Source: Blepharisma stoltei ATCC 30299
Lineage: Eukaryota > Protista > Ciliophora
Direction: 5' to 3'
Assembly: GCA_965603825.1 (NCBI GenBank)
Contig: CBFDEM010000024.1
Span: 434,001 to 498,000, forward strand
DNA: 64,000 nucleotides
Made by a program: the position numbers and the translations under genes. Positions 37,342-48,056 of this stretch are shown here, in pieces (the stretch's first letter is position 1; each line of letters starts with the position of its first letter). The notes beneath the pieces were generated by a model. It was given only the letters and a program-made list of their open reading frames with translations. It was not told where the DNA came from and did no database searches.

Positions 37342-38445
37342 ATGGAAGCAAAATATATAGGGCTATGTGCTATGTTTCTTGGAATTGATGTAGTAGCCCA
37401 TTATACCGGAACTCCAAAAGACGAAGTCCAAGCATTTAAAACACTTGTGAGCTATGAAAATCTCTCATTTTTTGATGAGCTTAGAACATCTGTACTTGAT
37501 GTAGTAGGCCGAGTAGGATTACAGCATGCATCAGAAATTCTTTCTATACCCCTTAAAACTTTAGCTCTAATCAATGATAGCTCTCGTTATGGAATGAGTG
37601 CCATCAAGCCAGAGCTCTCGCCCCGTTCCAAAAATCTAAATCTTATCAGAAATGAAAGGCTTGAAATGAAGCGAAGTCTAACTAAAAAAGCAAATATAAA
37701 ACAGAAATCTTATGAAAATCCTGTCACTGATCTCCATGATATTGATGAATTAAAACAAAGGGTTGCCAGGCTTTACAATAATGGGGTAAATATAAGAGTT
37801 ATCCAATCACTTTATGATTTAAGAAATGGCGGAATTATTCACTGTTGGGGAGGCTGGGAAAGATCCCCTTCATTCTATGCAAGGGCTGACGAGCTAAAAC
37901 AGCAAATTATTGCGATGAGGGCAGGCGGAATTCGTGACGATGAAATCTGCAAGAATTTAAAAATAAAGAAAAATCACTTGAGTGAAATAATGGGAGAAAT
38001 TAACAGGCGAAAACTGATTTTTATGAAAAAAGATATTAAAAATGTACTTATGGAGTATGCTACTAAAAGGAGAAAAGATAAATTAGCAAAATATCATGGG
38101 ATATCAAAAAAACAAATAAATTATTGGCTTGACAGATGTGAGAAAAAGCAGCTTGATACAGTTTATGACCTTGGAATAATGGGCCCTATTGAGATTTTAA
38201 ACGCACTGGAGACTTATTATATTTGCGAAAAGCTTGATTTGGCAGCAAAAGAGCTTGGAATTGATGAAAATGTTTTGGAAAGAATAGTCCAAAAATTTGA
38301 AGAGAAAATGGACGATTATTATGGGGAAAATAGTATCAGAACAAATTGGAATAAAAAGTATGATATTATTTGGTGCAAAGAAATAGGAAAATATTATATA
38401 TCGAGAGATGGAGATGTTAAAAAGAAGCAGAAGATAATAGAATAA
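37342..38445 (+). CDS. Hypothetical protein with several helix-turn-helix-like segments
   Basis: 367-aa ORF; HTH-like ASEILSIPLKTL, EICKNLKIKKNHL, KLAKYHGISKKQINYW and LAAKELGIDENVL. Confidence 0.7.
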   Translation: MEAKYIGLCAMFLGIDVVAHYTGTPKDEVQAFKTLVSYENLSFFDELRTSVLDVVGRVGLQHASEILSIPLKTLALINDSSRYGMSAIKPELSPRSKNLNLIRNERLEMKRSLTKKANIKQKSYENPVTDLHDIDELKQRVARLYNNGVNIRVIQSLYDLRNGGIIHCWGGWERSPSFYARADELKQQIIAMRAGGIRDDEICKNLKIKKNHLSEIMGEINRRKLIFMKKDIKNVLMEYATKRRKDKLAKYHGISKKQINYWLDRCEKKQLDTVYDLGIMGPIEILNALETYYICEKLDLAAKELGIDENVLERIVQKFEEKMDDYYGENSIRTNWNKKYDIIWCKEIGKYYISRDGDVKKKQKIIE

Positions 38446-39169
38446 ATTGTCTAAAATAATTGTAAATTGACTCATACATTTGATATTTCAATATATGTAT
38501 TTTTTTGATTTAAATTTAGTCATATGAATGTTTTAAATGGTAATTGAATATACTTTTTCTTGGCAAAAATTAAATTAAATTTTTAAATTTGCATACCTTT
38601 TGAAATTTTGAAATATGAAACCAAGTTTATATCATAAATATTTTCAGAAAAAAAGATAGTAAGGATTCGTCACTATTATATGCTCCACAAATAACCAGAA
38701 AAATTAATTTAATTTTTAAAGCTGCTCTTTCAAATAGGAATGATTTTGATTTTAGTAAATAATTGAAATTTCAAAATGCTATGCATTTCATCTTATAGTT
38801 TATTATCTAGATAATAATAATAATAAAAGTCCAAATTCTTATTAGTAAAAATATTTTCTAAGTATTTATTACGCCACTTAGTTTTTTATATTAAATAAAT
38901 CATGCAGTTTATAAAAGGAAATACAAAAACTATTAATTAACTAAGCTTTTATAACGAAAATTCTTCTTATTTCAGCCTCCTTAGTCACAAAAGATATTTT
39001 TTCAAGATCTTGATTCAAAGTCTTTTTTAATCTCAAATAAACTTTTTAGAAATCATTCATCAGCAAAAGCAGCATAAATAAATGAGTTCTTTCTCATTTT
39101 TGCTACTTATTTATAAGAAATTTCAGTATTTAGTATTAAGCGCCATCAAATAATAATATCATATAGGTC

Positions 39170-40528
39170 ATGAGTGGGCCAAACAATGCAATAGAGATAA
39201 TTCCAAATAAGTTATATTGGATCAGCGACCGTGCACCTCCACGAAATCAAGCCAACTCCTATTATTTTTGCATTGATAATGAATTAGTTTACCAGCCCTT
39301 TTACCTTGACTTTGGTCCTTTAAACATTGGAATGGCCTACAAATTTTGCACAGAGCTGGAAAGACTTATAAGAAACCCTTCTTACAACTCTTACAAAATC
39401 TATCATTTTACATCACTTCTGCCAAACAAGCGAGCCAACGCAGCTTATCTAATGGGTGTTTTCCAAGTTCTTGTTTTAAATAAAACTGCAGATGAAGCTT
39501 GGCAGCCATTTTCAAGTCTTCCTCCTTTTGAAGGATTTAGGGATGCAGGCGGGACAAATTGTCCTTATCGGTGCACGATTCTGCAATGCTTAAGAGGGCT
39601 CGAAAAAGCTATTAAACTTGGCTGGTTTGACATGGCGACGTTCAATATAAAAGACTACGAATTTTATGAGAAAGTGGAAAACGGAGACTGGAATTGGATT
39701 ATTCCAGGCAAAATGCTGGCTTTTGCATGTCCAAGCCCGACACAAATTGACCAGCAAGGGTTTAGGGTATGGACTCCTGAAGATTATGTACCTTTATTTA
39801 AACAAATTGGAATCACTGCTGTGGTGAGACTAAATAATAAAACCTATGAAGCTGAAAGGTTTACCAGGCATGGGATAAGGCATTATGATTTATATTTTCT
39901 TGATGGATCAGTGCCTTCAAATGAAATTATTGCTGAGTTTTTGAGGATTGCAGAAAGAGAGCCGGGAGGACTTGCGGTCCATTGTAAAGCTGGGCTAGGG
40001 AGAACTGGAACTCTAATTGGAATGTATGCTATGAAGCATTTCAGATTTAGAGCAGAAGATTTTATAGGCTATATTAGGCTTTGCAGACCTGGTAGTGTTC
40101 TAGGCCCTCAACAGCAATTTTTGTGTGATATGCAAGAGCGAGTATTTTCATGGGGCGATGAGTATAGAACTGAACATGAAATTACCGCCGGAGTTTCAGT
40201 AATTTTTATTTAGAAGCTTAATGTAAGCAACAATGAAGAGCAAAAAACGCCGATGTCTCCTGAAGATAAATTTATTTCTATGTATGGAGATAAAGGCCAA
40301 GCAGACAGACTAGTCAATGCCAAAAAATCGAATCAAAGCTCTCCAGTTACAAGTCCTTTTATGCCTAAGGATAAAGGATCTTCCGCACAGAATCGAGCGA
40401 ATTCTACAAGCCCAGAAACTAAAAAGGTGAAAGCAGGACTTAGCATATTTGATAAAGGGCCAGCTCGCCATACTACGCCAAACTCAGTTCGTACTAATAA
40501 CACGAAAAAAGCAGGATTCTTGAGATAG
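39170..40528 (+). CDS. CDC14: Cdc14 dual-specificity phosphatase, ~447 aa
   Basis: FCIDNELVY.PFY.DFGPLN, ENGDWNWIIPGK, catalytic VHCKAGLGRTG, RPGSVLGPQQ. Intron 40199-40213. Confidence 0.95.
40199..40213 (+). other. 15-nt intron GTAATTTTTATTTAG
   Basis: Removes an in-frame TAG and joins the downstream same-frame ORF. Confidence 0.85.
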
Positions 40529-40757
40529 ATTTTATTTTCAATATATTTATTATTTCAATTCATTTTATTTGATATTTAAATAATGTCCAAAAATCGAACT
40601 TAAAATTATCCTCCACTTCCCAGCATTAAGAAAACAACACACAAATGAGTATTTTATTGATTTTTAGCAATAAAAACTGATTTTTCAATATAATTATTAT
40701 GCAAATCAAATCTTTAAATAATATTGATTAAAACTAGTCTATCTCTTAAATAATGTT

Positions 40758-41720
40758 TTAATCTTTAGCCAGCAAAGATAACATTTGTGTAGCTGCAGTT
40801 CTAGGAATAATCTTCATTTGATTTAGATCAGCTAAGATATGATTATAATCCCCACTTGATTTCATTTCTTTTAATTTTGCTCTCAGCAAATCTTCCATCA
40901 TTCTATGGGTTTGCAATATCATCTGTGCTTTCCTTTTCTCAAAAATTTCATATTTCAGTTTTTCTTTTGCATTCAAAATTTCGTTGACCAGCTCTTCAAT
41001 CCCCTCTTTATTTTTGGCTGAAGTTAGGAGCACAGGTGGCACCCAATTGTCATATCTTCGGACACTCATTTTAAAAGCTTGCTCTAGCTCAAATTTGGTC
41101 ATTTCAGCCTTTTCTCTGAATGGTGGCTCTGCTTTATTTACAACCACTAAATCAACGACTTCCATGATTCCTTTTTTGATTCCTTGCAGAAAATCTCCAC
41201 CTGCAGGATTTGCGACAAGAAGAATCAAATCAGTGACTTCGTCAACTGTGGTCTCACTTTGCCCAAGCCCAACTGTTTCTATAATGATCGGATTATATCC
41301 TGCATTTTCACATAAAATTATATTTTCACTGCAAGCACTTGTCACACCTCCTAGAACGCCTTTTGTAGGAGACGGCCTTACATAAGCATCAAGATGAGCT
41401 GAAAGTTCTTGCATGCGGGTTTTATCGCCCAAAATTGATCCGCCAAATTGAACTGATGATGGATCCATAGCTAATACAGCTGGTTTCATGCCGTGGCTAA
41501 TAAACTTGAGACCTAAGGTTTCGATAAGTGTTGATTTGCCAGCTCCAGGAGCTCCACAGATACCTAGACGAATACTACTTGGAGAGGGACTTAACTCACT
41601 TAATAATTCTGTAGCTTGCTTACGATGGTCTAGGTTTGCTGATTCTATTAGGGTAATTGACTTGGAAAGCGACATTCGATTCCCAGACAAAAGTCCTTTA
41701 AGTAAATCTTTGGTCAGCAT
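40758..41720 (-). CDS. MMAA: Methylmalonyl-CoA mutase-associated GTPase MMAA/MeaB
   Basis: LSKSITLIES, GAPGAGKST, DPSS..GGSILGDKTRM, RPSP..G.LGGV, ETVGLGQSE, LQGIKKGIME. Confidence 0.93.
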   Translation of the reverse strand: MLTKDLLKGLLSGNRMSLSKSITLIESANLDHRKQATELLSELSPSPSSIRLGICGAPGAGKSTLIETLGLKFISHGMKPAVLAMDPSSVQFGGSILGDKTRMQELSAHLDAYVRPSPTKGVLGGVTSACSENIILCENAGYNPIIIETVGLGQSETTVDEVTDLILLVANPAGGDFLQGIKKGIMEVVDLVVVNKAEPPFREKAEMTKFELEQAFKMSVRRYDNWVPPVLLTSAKNKEGIEELVNEILNAKEKLKYEIFEKRKAQMILQTHRMMEDLLRAKLKEMKSSGDYNHILADLNQMKIIPRTAATQMLSLLAKD

Positions 41721-42365
41721 TATAAATTAACATATTTCTCTGACGTAATGAAATCATTCAAAATAATATTAAATGAAAGTGAAAATATAAAGCAGTGAAT
41801 TCTGAATTTAAGATAATTAAAGAATCCATGAAACCAATTTTCATTAACTGTTAGATTGTCTCAATTGAACATAGACCTAAAAGAGGCACAGCATAACTAA
41901 ACGAAATTCTGTACAAGTCTTAGAATTACAAAATAAATATCCTTAGCATGAAATTCTCTGTGAAAATTCCATGAGGTGTCCAATATGCACTCTGACTCTT
42001 TTCAACGAACAAATTTAGAAAAAGAATTGCATCTGAAAACAGATAATTTATTCATTATTGAGCATCATTTTTTTATAATGACAGAAATATCTTTATTTTC
42101 ATATTCCTAATTAATATTTGGACTAAAATGTATATTCATGATTCTTTATTTTAATAAAACATTACAGTAGGATTATATAATAATATAGCTCTCAGATTTC
42201 AGAAAAACTCAAATTTTACATACTCACAACTCAATAAGAAATATTTATCAATATTTTAAAATGAACCAGAAAATTACAAAACACTTATAAAATTAATAAT
42301 AATTTCTCAAGATTTTATCGTTATAACCTGCATTTAAGCGGACTAATAATAAGATTCCATATAAA

Positions 42366-43265
42366 ATGTCAAGAAGAACACTGAGAAAAAGAATGCCAGA
42401 CGCTGAATATTTAATTGGCTATGTTGAAGATAACGAACCGATTGAGAAGATCATGAAGAAGTTCAAACAACTTGAAGAATACCAAACAAAAGTTGGCAGA
42501 GATAACCTAACATCTGAGGATTGCCGCGAATTAATCGAATCCACATCAATAGGAGAAATCCAAAGTAGTTTCAGGCCAAGGTATGAGTTTTCTGATATTT
42601 CGTCAATGTCTTCTGATTCAGATTCAGAAGGAACAGACAGCACTCGTCAAGCAAAATATGTGGATCCCGTCACACAGTCATATATGGCGGTACAGAAAAA
42701 TCTCGGCGAAGGCAGGGTAATTCACGAAGACGTATTTAATTTAAACTTCCAAGAAAAATTTGAAGCAATTTTGATAAACGCTCCTGACGGTCTAAACATC
42801 AGAGCTAAAGGAAAATTGAAATACCTCAAAGGATTGATGAATAAAGGCCTTATTTTCCTTTGGAGCCAAAAAAAGGAAATCAAGGAATGGGTTGAAGTCA
42901 TGGAAAAAATGAAGTATCAATATGTGGAAAATCTTGTATGAGTACAAGTAGATCAAACTAATGTGGATGCAGCTGGAGGTCTTGTTAATCTCACAGATTT
43001 TACTCCAAATCTAATTAGTAAGCAACCTGGCTGGCCTTTTGCAACTTCTCATTTGACACTACTGATGTTCAGAAAGATCGCTTCAGGAAAGTTGGAGTTG
43101 AGACATCAGAGAACTTGTGATGTTGTTTTTGATTTTACAAAACCAAAAAATTATGTTTATCATATGATAGAAACTTTATTACCTGAAGCTGGGGTTAAAT
43201 TAGAGTTGTGGGCAGATGGAGAAAGCCGAGATGGATGGATTCATGTAGTTCATGAAGAAAATTAA
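42366..43265 (+). CDS. MTA9: MT-A70-family methyltransferase-like protein lacking DPPW; likely MTA9 (AMT6/7)-type subunit of the ciliate DNA 6mA complex, 299 aa
   Basis: Joined at TGA 42939. FEAILINAP in place of DPPW, GLIFLW, YVENLV(W)V, LELRHQRTCDVVFD, YVYHMIETLLP, KLELWA...GW. Confidence 0.68.
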
Positions 43266-43328
43266 TGCTAATTAAGTCAATTTTAGTTATAATAGAAATA
43301 TCGCAATCAATATGATTTCTCAGACTTT

Positions 43329-44360
43329 CTAATGAATAAAGCGCTGTTTATTTCTAAAAAACGGAAATATTGAAGGAAAAGCATACCCAGTTGTATATTC
43401 ATGCTTTTCATGCCCAGATGATAAATTTGTAACACCACTTCGACTTATTGCAGCCGGCTTCTCCAAATGATCCCTTGGATGCCTTGACTCAATTCAATCA
43501 ACAGCTATTTGTGCTAAAACTGCTTTTTGTGTCATATTCAATGATTTAACACTTCCGAGGGCAGCATCAGTAAATGCAATGGCTTTGACTCTGCGATTAA
43601 ACTCTTTCCAATATTTTTCTAATAAATGAATTGTAGATGCTCCTCCACGAGAATGAGCAACGATATATAATTCTCTAGCAGGGCAAGGACGAATAAAATT
43701 TTCCCACACATAATCTGAATGCTCATCTGAGTCTCCATTAAAAGGAATCCTTTCTCTGGTTTCTGGGTTTTCATTGTAATTTGGGTTCAAAATTATTGTT
43801 GAGTAGCCACCTTTAAACGCTTCTTCAAGAAATGGAAAAACTGCTCCTATATTTAAAGAGTCGTTGATGCATACTGATCTTGCCCATTGCCCAGCTCTAA
43901 CAGCTCCAGTGCCTTGGATTAAAATTAAACCTTTGTTTCGGTTTGAAAATCAGTCTTTACTGTGAAAAATATTGCATTTATTACTTCCGTTGTAATGCTT
44001 TGCAAGAGGTATTTGAACTTCATCTAAGTTATAAAAGCTTACAAGCTTTTCTTGTATGTAATTTAAAATGATGTCTCCAAGGATATCATAATGTGTTTGG
44101 TCAATAAATTTGAACGGCTGGTTATTTTCGATTGATCTTAAACAAAGTTCGTCGTTAAAATAATAGCCGTACTGTCCTCGTATGACATCCTCCCAGGAGC
44201 TTTTTATATTTATTTCTTTATTTTCTTCAAATTTTATTGGTAGAATTGTATCATATGAAGTGTAAATATCTTCATGGTGCTCCTGTCTTGACGCACGGCT
44301 AATAATTGAGCTTTTCTTTTTTCCTTTTTTGCCTAAACTTTGGTTTCTTTTTCTATCCAT
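43329..44360 (-). CDS. FAM172A: FAM172A/ARB2-domain alpha/beta-hydrolase-fold protein, 343 aa
   Basis: Read through TGA at 43950 and 43494. LILIQGTGAVRAGQWARSVCINDSL..G..FP, IVAHSRGG, IAFTD, SSGHEKHEYT; TAG at 43329. Confidence 0.88.
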
Positions 44361-44502
44361 TATATAATCAAAAATGTTCGAGATATTTTTATATAATTAT
44401 TTATTTCCTACTTTAAGTTAGGACTTTAATAAGTTTTCATAGCTTAAATATTATAAAAATTCGATAATAAAGATGCTAGCTTAATAATTTTTCAAAAATT
44501 TG

Positions 44503-46101
44503 TTATAGTCTAAATGGTCTTTTTCTTTCAACACTCGTCGAGTCTCTTGAAGACTCTCTTAATCTAAAAGGTGATTGGTCTGGAGTTTTTATTTTATGTC
44601 TGCTACTAATTGTGGGCATCCAAAAAGAGTTTTGTGGAGATATTCTTCGTATTCTCTTTATTTCTTTTTCATTGATTTCATTTAATACAACTGGCCTGAT
44701 AAATTCATCTCTTGGACTTTGAGTGCGGGACGATGGAGTAGAGAAGAAAGCGTTGGATATTTTTGGAGTAGAAGAGTCCCAATTTAATTTAACAATTGAA
44801 TGGCGGGACGATGATGTTTTTAATAGCTCTTCCAAAGGAATCGAAACTACTCCAACTTTTGCATATAAGCGGCCTTCTTTAATATAAACTTTAATCTTTT
44901 GCCCATTGAATAAATAGTGATCATTACTGATTTTTGAGCATGAACCCTTATAATTGATTTTCAATAAGACTTCTTTTACAAGTGAGTCTAATACTAAACT
45001 TTCATCTTCATTTTTTTCAGCTTCTTTATGACTACCATCTTTTTCTTTTTGAATCTCAATTATCTTTACTTTCACTGTTTTTTCAAGACTATTATTTTTC
45101 AAAAGCCGATTTCCTTTTGAAGGATTTGAGACTTCTTGGCTCTTATTACTAGGCTTCAATACTGAATTCTCAATATCTGCCTTTTGTTTATTTTTTTCAT
45201 TAATTTTAAAGCAGTCAATTTCTTTAATCAACTTTTTAATAAGTTTTTCTGAGTCAACTAATTGCTCTTTGGCCATAATAAGCTCATTTTGCAAGATATT
45301 AATTTTCTCTCTTTGAGGATTCATTTCAAGTCTAGATATTGTATCTGATAAATGATTATTCTCACTCTCAAGCTTCCTATTAAATCCTTGAAGTTTAGTA
45401 ATTTCAGTATGAGCAGCCAACAATTCTGACTCTTTTTGCTCAAGCAGTTTCAAAAGTGATGCTTCTCTGAGTTTACTTTTTTCTACCAATTCTTCATATT
45501 GTTTAGAAATCTTTTCCAATTTATTATTTAAGTCATAACTTTTTTTTTCTTCAAATTTTAGCTTTGGTTCATACTTTGGAATATTTTCTTCATAATCTTG
45601 ATTTATATCAGTTTGGTTGCATTGTTGGTATTCAATTAAATGCTCATATTTTGTTGGATTTTCAGAAAAAATATCCTCACATCTTAAATTTACTTCTTCC
45701 ATGCAGCATAATGAGCTACTGAAGCTATTTTCATTTGCATTTGTCTCATTTATTTCTTCTCTTTCACTTTTCTCTTCACAAAATACTAATACTTTTGGGT
45801 TGCTAACATTGCAAGGCAACTCAGTCAGAATATCGTAATTGGATGTTGATATTGGAAGCCATATAGCTTCATTGAGAGGCAAAATCTCTATAGGAAAGTT
45901 AACGCTTCCTAAGACTTTGTCTTCTTTCAAATCTTTGAATACCAAATTCAAAGTCCCTGAAGTTGGCAATTTGACACTATTTTTTATATCTGTGGAAATT
46001 GCTGTTATAATATTTAGCAAACGATTGTCTAGAAATATAAAGCAGCCGATGCTGTAGTCGCTCCATGTATATTCGCCTCTTCTTATCTGTAACCTCAGCA
46101 T
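44503..46101 (-). CDS. Coiled-coil protein with C2-like N-terminus and degenerate GAR/GAS2-like segment
   Basis: 532-aa ORF; YLFNGQKIKVYIKEGRLYAKVGVVSIPLEELLK resembles the GAR core. Confidence 0.7.
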   Translation of the reverse strand: MLRLQIRRGEYTWSDYSIGCFIFLDNRLLNIITAISTDIKNSVKLPTSGTLNLVFKDLKEDKVLGSVNFPIEILPLNEAIWLPISTSNYDILTELPCNVSNPKVLVFCEEKSEREEINETNANENSFSSSLCCMEEVNLRCEDIFSENPTKYEHLIEYQQCNQTDINQDYEENIPKYEPKLKFEEKKSYDLNNKLEKISKQYEELVEKSKLREASLLKLLEQKESELLAAHTEITKLQGFNRKLESENNHLSDTISRLEMNPQREKINILQNELIMAKEQLVDSEKLIKKLIKEIDCFKINEKNKQKADIENSVLKPSNKSQEVSNPSKGNRLLKNNSLEKTVKVKIIEIQKEKDGSHKEAEKNEDESLVLDSLVKEVLLKINYKGSCSKISNDHYLFNGQKIKVYIKEGRLYAKVGVVSIPLEELLKTSSSRHSIVKLNWDSSTPKISNAFFSTPSSRTQSPRDEFIRPVVLNEINEKEIKRIRRISPQNSFWMPTISSRHKIKTPDQSPFRLRESSRDSTSVERKRPFRL

Positions 46102-46364
46102 TATGATAATTTAAAAATTAACGAATCATTTTGATTTAAGGAATAATTAAATTTGAACTTTATATAGAACTTTAATATAATAAACCAATAATTTCTATAA
46201 TAGGAATGAAGATTTTATCATATCATAAGCTAGGCACAATTTCAATTTATTAGAGATAAATGATTTTACATAAATGTTTATTAAATCACTTTAATGTCAA
46301 TAATTGTTGCTTTCAGAGTTTGGAATGGCTCTTTTATTCATAATCTAAATGGCCATAATATTTT

Positions 46365-46805
46365 ATGTCATTTTGACGAGAATTTTTCAGACCTTTACCT
46401 AAATTCTTTTCCATTCGCTGGAGACGAAACATGATTGTATACAACAAACATAAAGAAAGTAAATCTTAAACAGGAAACCAATTCAAGCGTGAAAAAATGG
46501 GTCAGAAATTCAAAGAAAAAGCAAAATCAACATTTGCGAAGCCTTCTGGCATTGATCTTAATGAGGCCCTTAAAATTTTACAAATTGAGTCCAATTATAC
46601 AGTAGAGCAGGTAGAGGAAAGATTTAAACGACTCCTTAATACTAATGACCCAGCCAAAGGAGGTTCTTTTTATCTTCAATGCAAAATCCAAGGGGCAAGA
46701 AATACTTTATTAGAAGAATTAGAAAAGCCTCAAGAGCAGCAAGAGCAAGAAGAGCAAGAAGAGCAAAAAGAAGAAAACACAGAAGGAACTGAAAAGAAGG
46801 AATAA
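46365..46805 (+). CDS. PAM16: Mitochondrial import motor J-like protein Pam16 (Tim16), ~141 aa
   Basis: IDLNEALKILQI...NDPAKGGSFYLQCKI is the Pam16 signature. Upstream exon from ATG 46365 (MSF(W)REFFRP...) joined through intron 46459-46473. Confidence 0.85.
46459..46473 (+). other. 15-nt intron GTAAATCTTAAACAG
   Basis: GT-AG, A at position 10; removes an in-frame TAA and links a basic, presequence-like exon. Confidence 0.75.
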
Positions 46806-46824
46806 ATTATACTTAAGTTAACTT

Positions 46825-47826
46825 TTAGCCAAACAAGCCGCTCATATCTTCATCCTCCTCTTTTTCAACTCTATTAAAGCGGTCTCTATCATGAGGTCTC
46901 ATATAGTCAACTCTTGGTCCAAATGGAACGACTCCAGTTGGGTTTATTGTTTTATGGCTCTTATAATAGTGATTTTTAATATGATCGAAATTAACAGTCT
47001 CGCTGACCCCTGGTATCTGATATATATCTCTCAAATAGTTGGACAAATTCTTATACTCTTCAATTCTCTGCAAATTGCATTTAAAATGGCCAACATAGAC
47101 TGGGTCGAATCTTACCAAGGTTGTAAAGAGTCTGATGTCTGCTACAGTTAGAGTATTGCCGACTAAGTATCTCTGGTTTTCAAGTTTCTGATCAATATGA
47201 TCCAAAGCACAAAACAGCTCTTTTACAGCTTCTTCATAAGCTTCTTGAGTGGTTGCGAACCCTGCTTTATAAACTCCATTGTTGATCTTGTCGTAGACAA
47301 ATGTATTTGTTTCGTCAATTTCTTGTTTTTTATCAATAGGATAGTAATCGTTGTCATTGGCACAGTCAAACTCACTGTTGAACATGAGGATAATTTCTGC
47401 GGACTCATTTGATACTGCTGTTTGAGATAGTTTATCCCAGAGAACTGGCACAGTGACTCTTCCCGTATAGTCAGATTTGGCTCTAAGATAAACCTCATAC
47501 AGGTATGAGCTATTATTTAGATGGTCTTCAGTGCTTCCTTCAAAGTTGCCAAAAGTCCACCCATTTTCATACATAAGTGGATTGACAACAGAGACAGAAA
47601 TTGCATGCTGAAGGCCTTTGAGATTTCTCATAATCAATGTGCGATGTGCCCAAGGGCAAGCATAAGAAACATAGAGGTGATACCTCCCTTCAACCCCTTT
47701 AAAGCCACTGCTTCCATCACGGGTAATGAAGTTTCTGAATTGCGATGCTTGCCTTACAAATTTTCCTCCAGTTGAAGAAGTGTCATACCATTGATCGACC
47801 CATTGGCCATTAACTAGCAAGCCCAT
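46825..47826 (-). CDS. Glutathionyl-hydroquinone reductase (GST Xi/omega-like, YqjG/ECM4 family), 333 aa
   Basis: MGLLVNGQW.DQWYDT..TGGKFVR, RYHLYVSYACPWAHR, YTGRVTVPVLWD, NESAEI, INNGVYKAGFATTQ, HYYKSHKTINPTG. Confidence 0.95.
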   Translation of the reverse strand: MGLLVNGQWVDQWYDTSSTGGKFVRQASQFRNFITRDGSSGFKGVEGRYHLYVSYACPWAHRTLIMRNLKGLQHAISVSVVNPLMYENGWTFGNFEGSTEDHLNNSSYLYEVYLRAKSDYTGRVTVPVLWDKLSQTAVSNESAEIILMFNSEFDCANDNDYYPIDKKQEIDETNTFVYDKINNGVYKAGFATTQEAYEEAVKELFCALDHIDQKLENQRYLVGNTLTVADIRLFTTLVRFDPVYVGHFKCNLQRIEEYKNLSNYLRDIYQIPGVSETVNFDHIKNHYYKSHKTINPTGVVPFGPRVDYMRPHDRDRFNRVEKEEDEDMSGLFG

Positions 47827-48056
47827 TTTAATGATTATCAAATAATAAATTCACCATAAATTTCTGTTGTTTAAAATATCACAAATATATTTTAAAATTG
47901 TTAATTTTAGTGAAATTTATTTTAGACCGGAAAGCCATTTTTGTAATTAATGTAATGATTTTTAAAGATTTTATTTGATTTTTATTTTATTATCTTTTCA
48001 TTAACTGCGTACGATATGATTAGATTGGAAATAAACAATTGGTAGTGAGATTTAAT

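Noticed and set aside
46729-46775. Short CAAGA(A/G)GAG-type tandem repeat
   Set aside because: Simply encodes the Q/E low-complexity tail of Pam16; not a CRISPR or mobile repeat.
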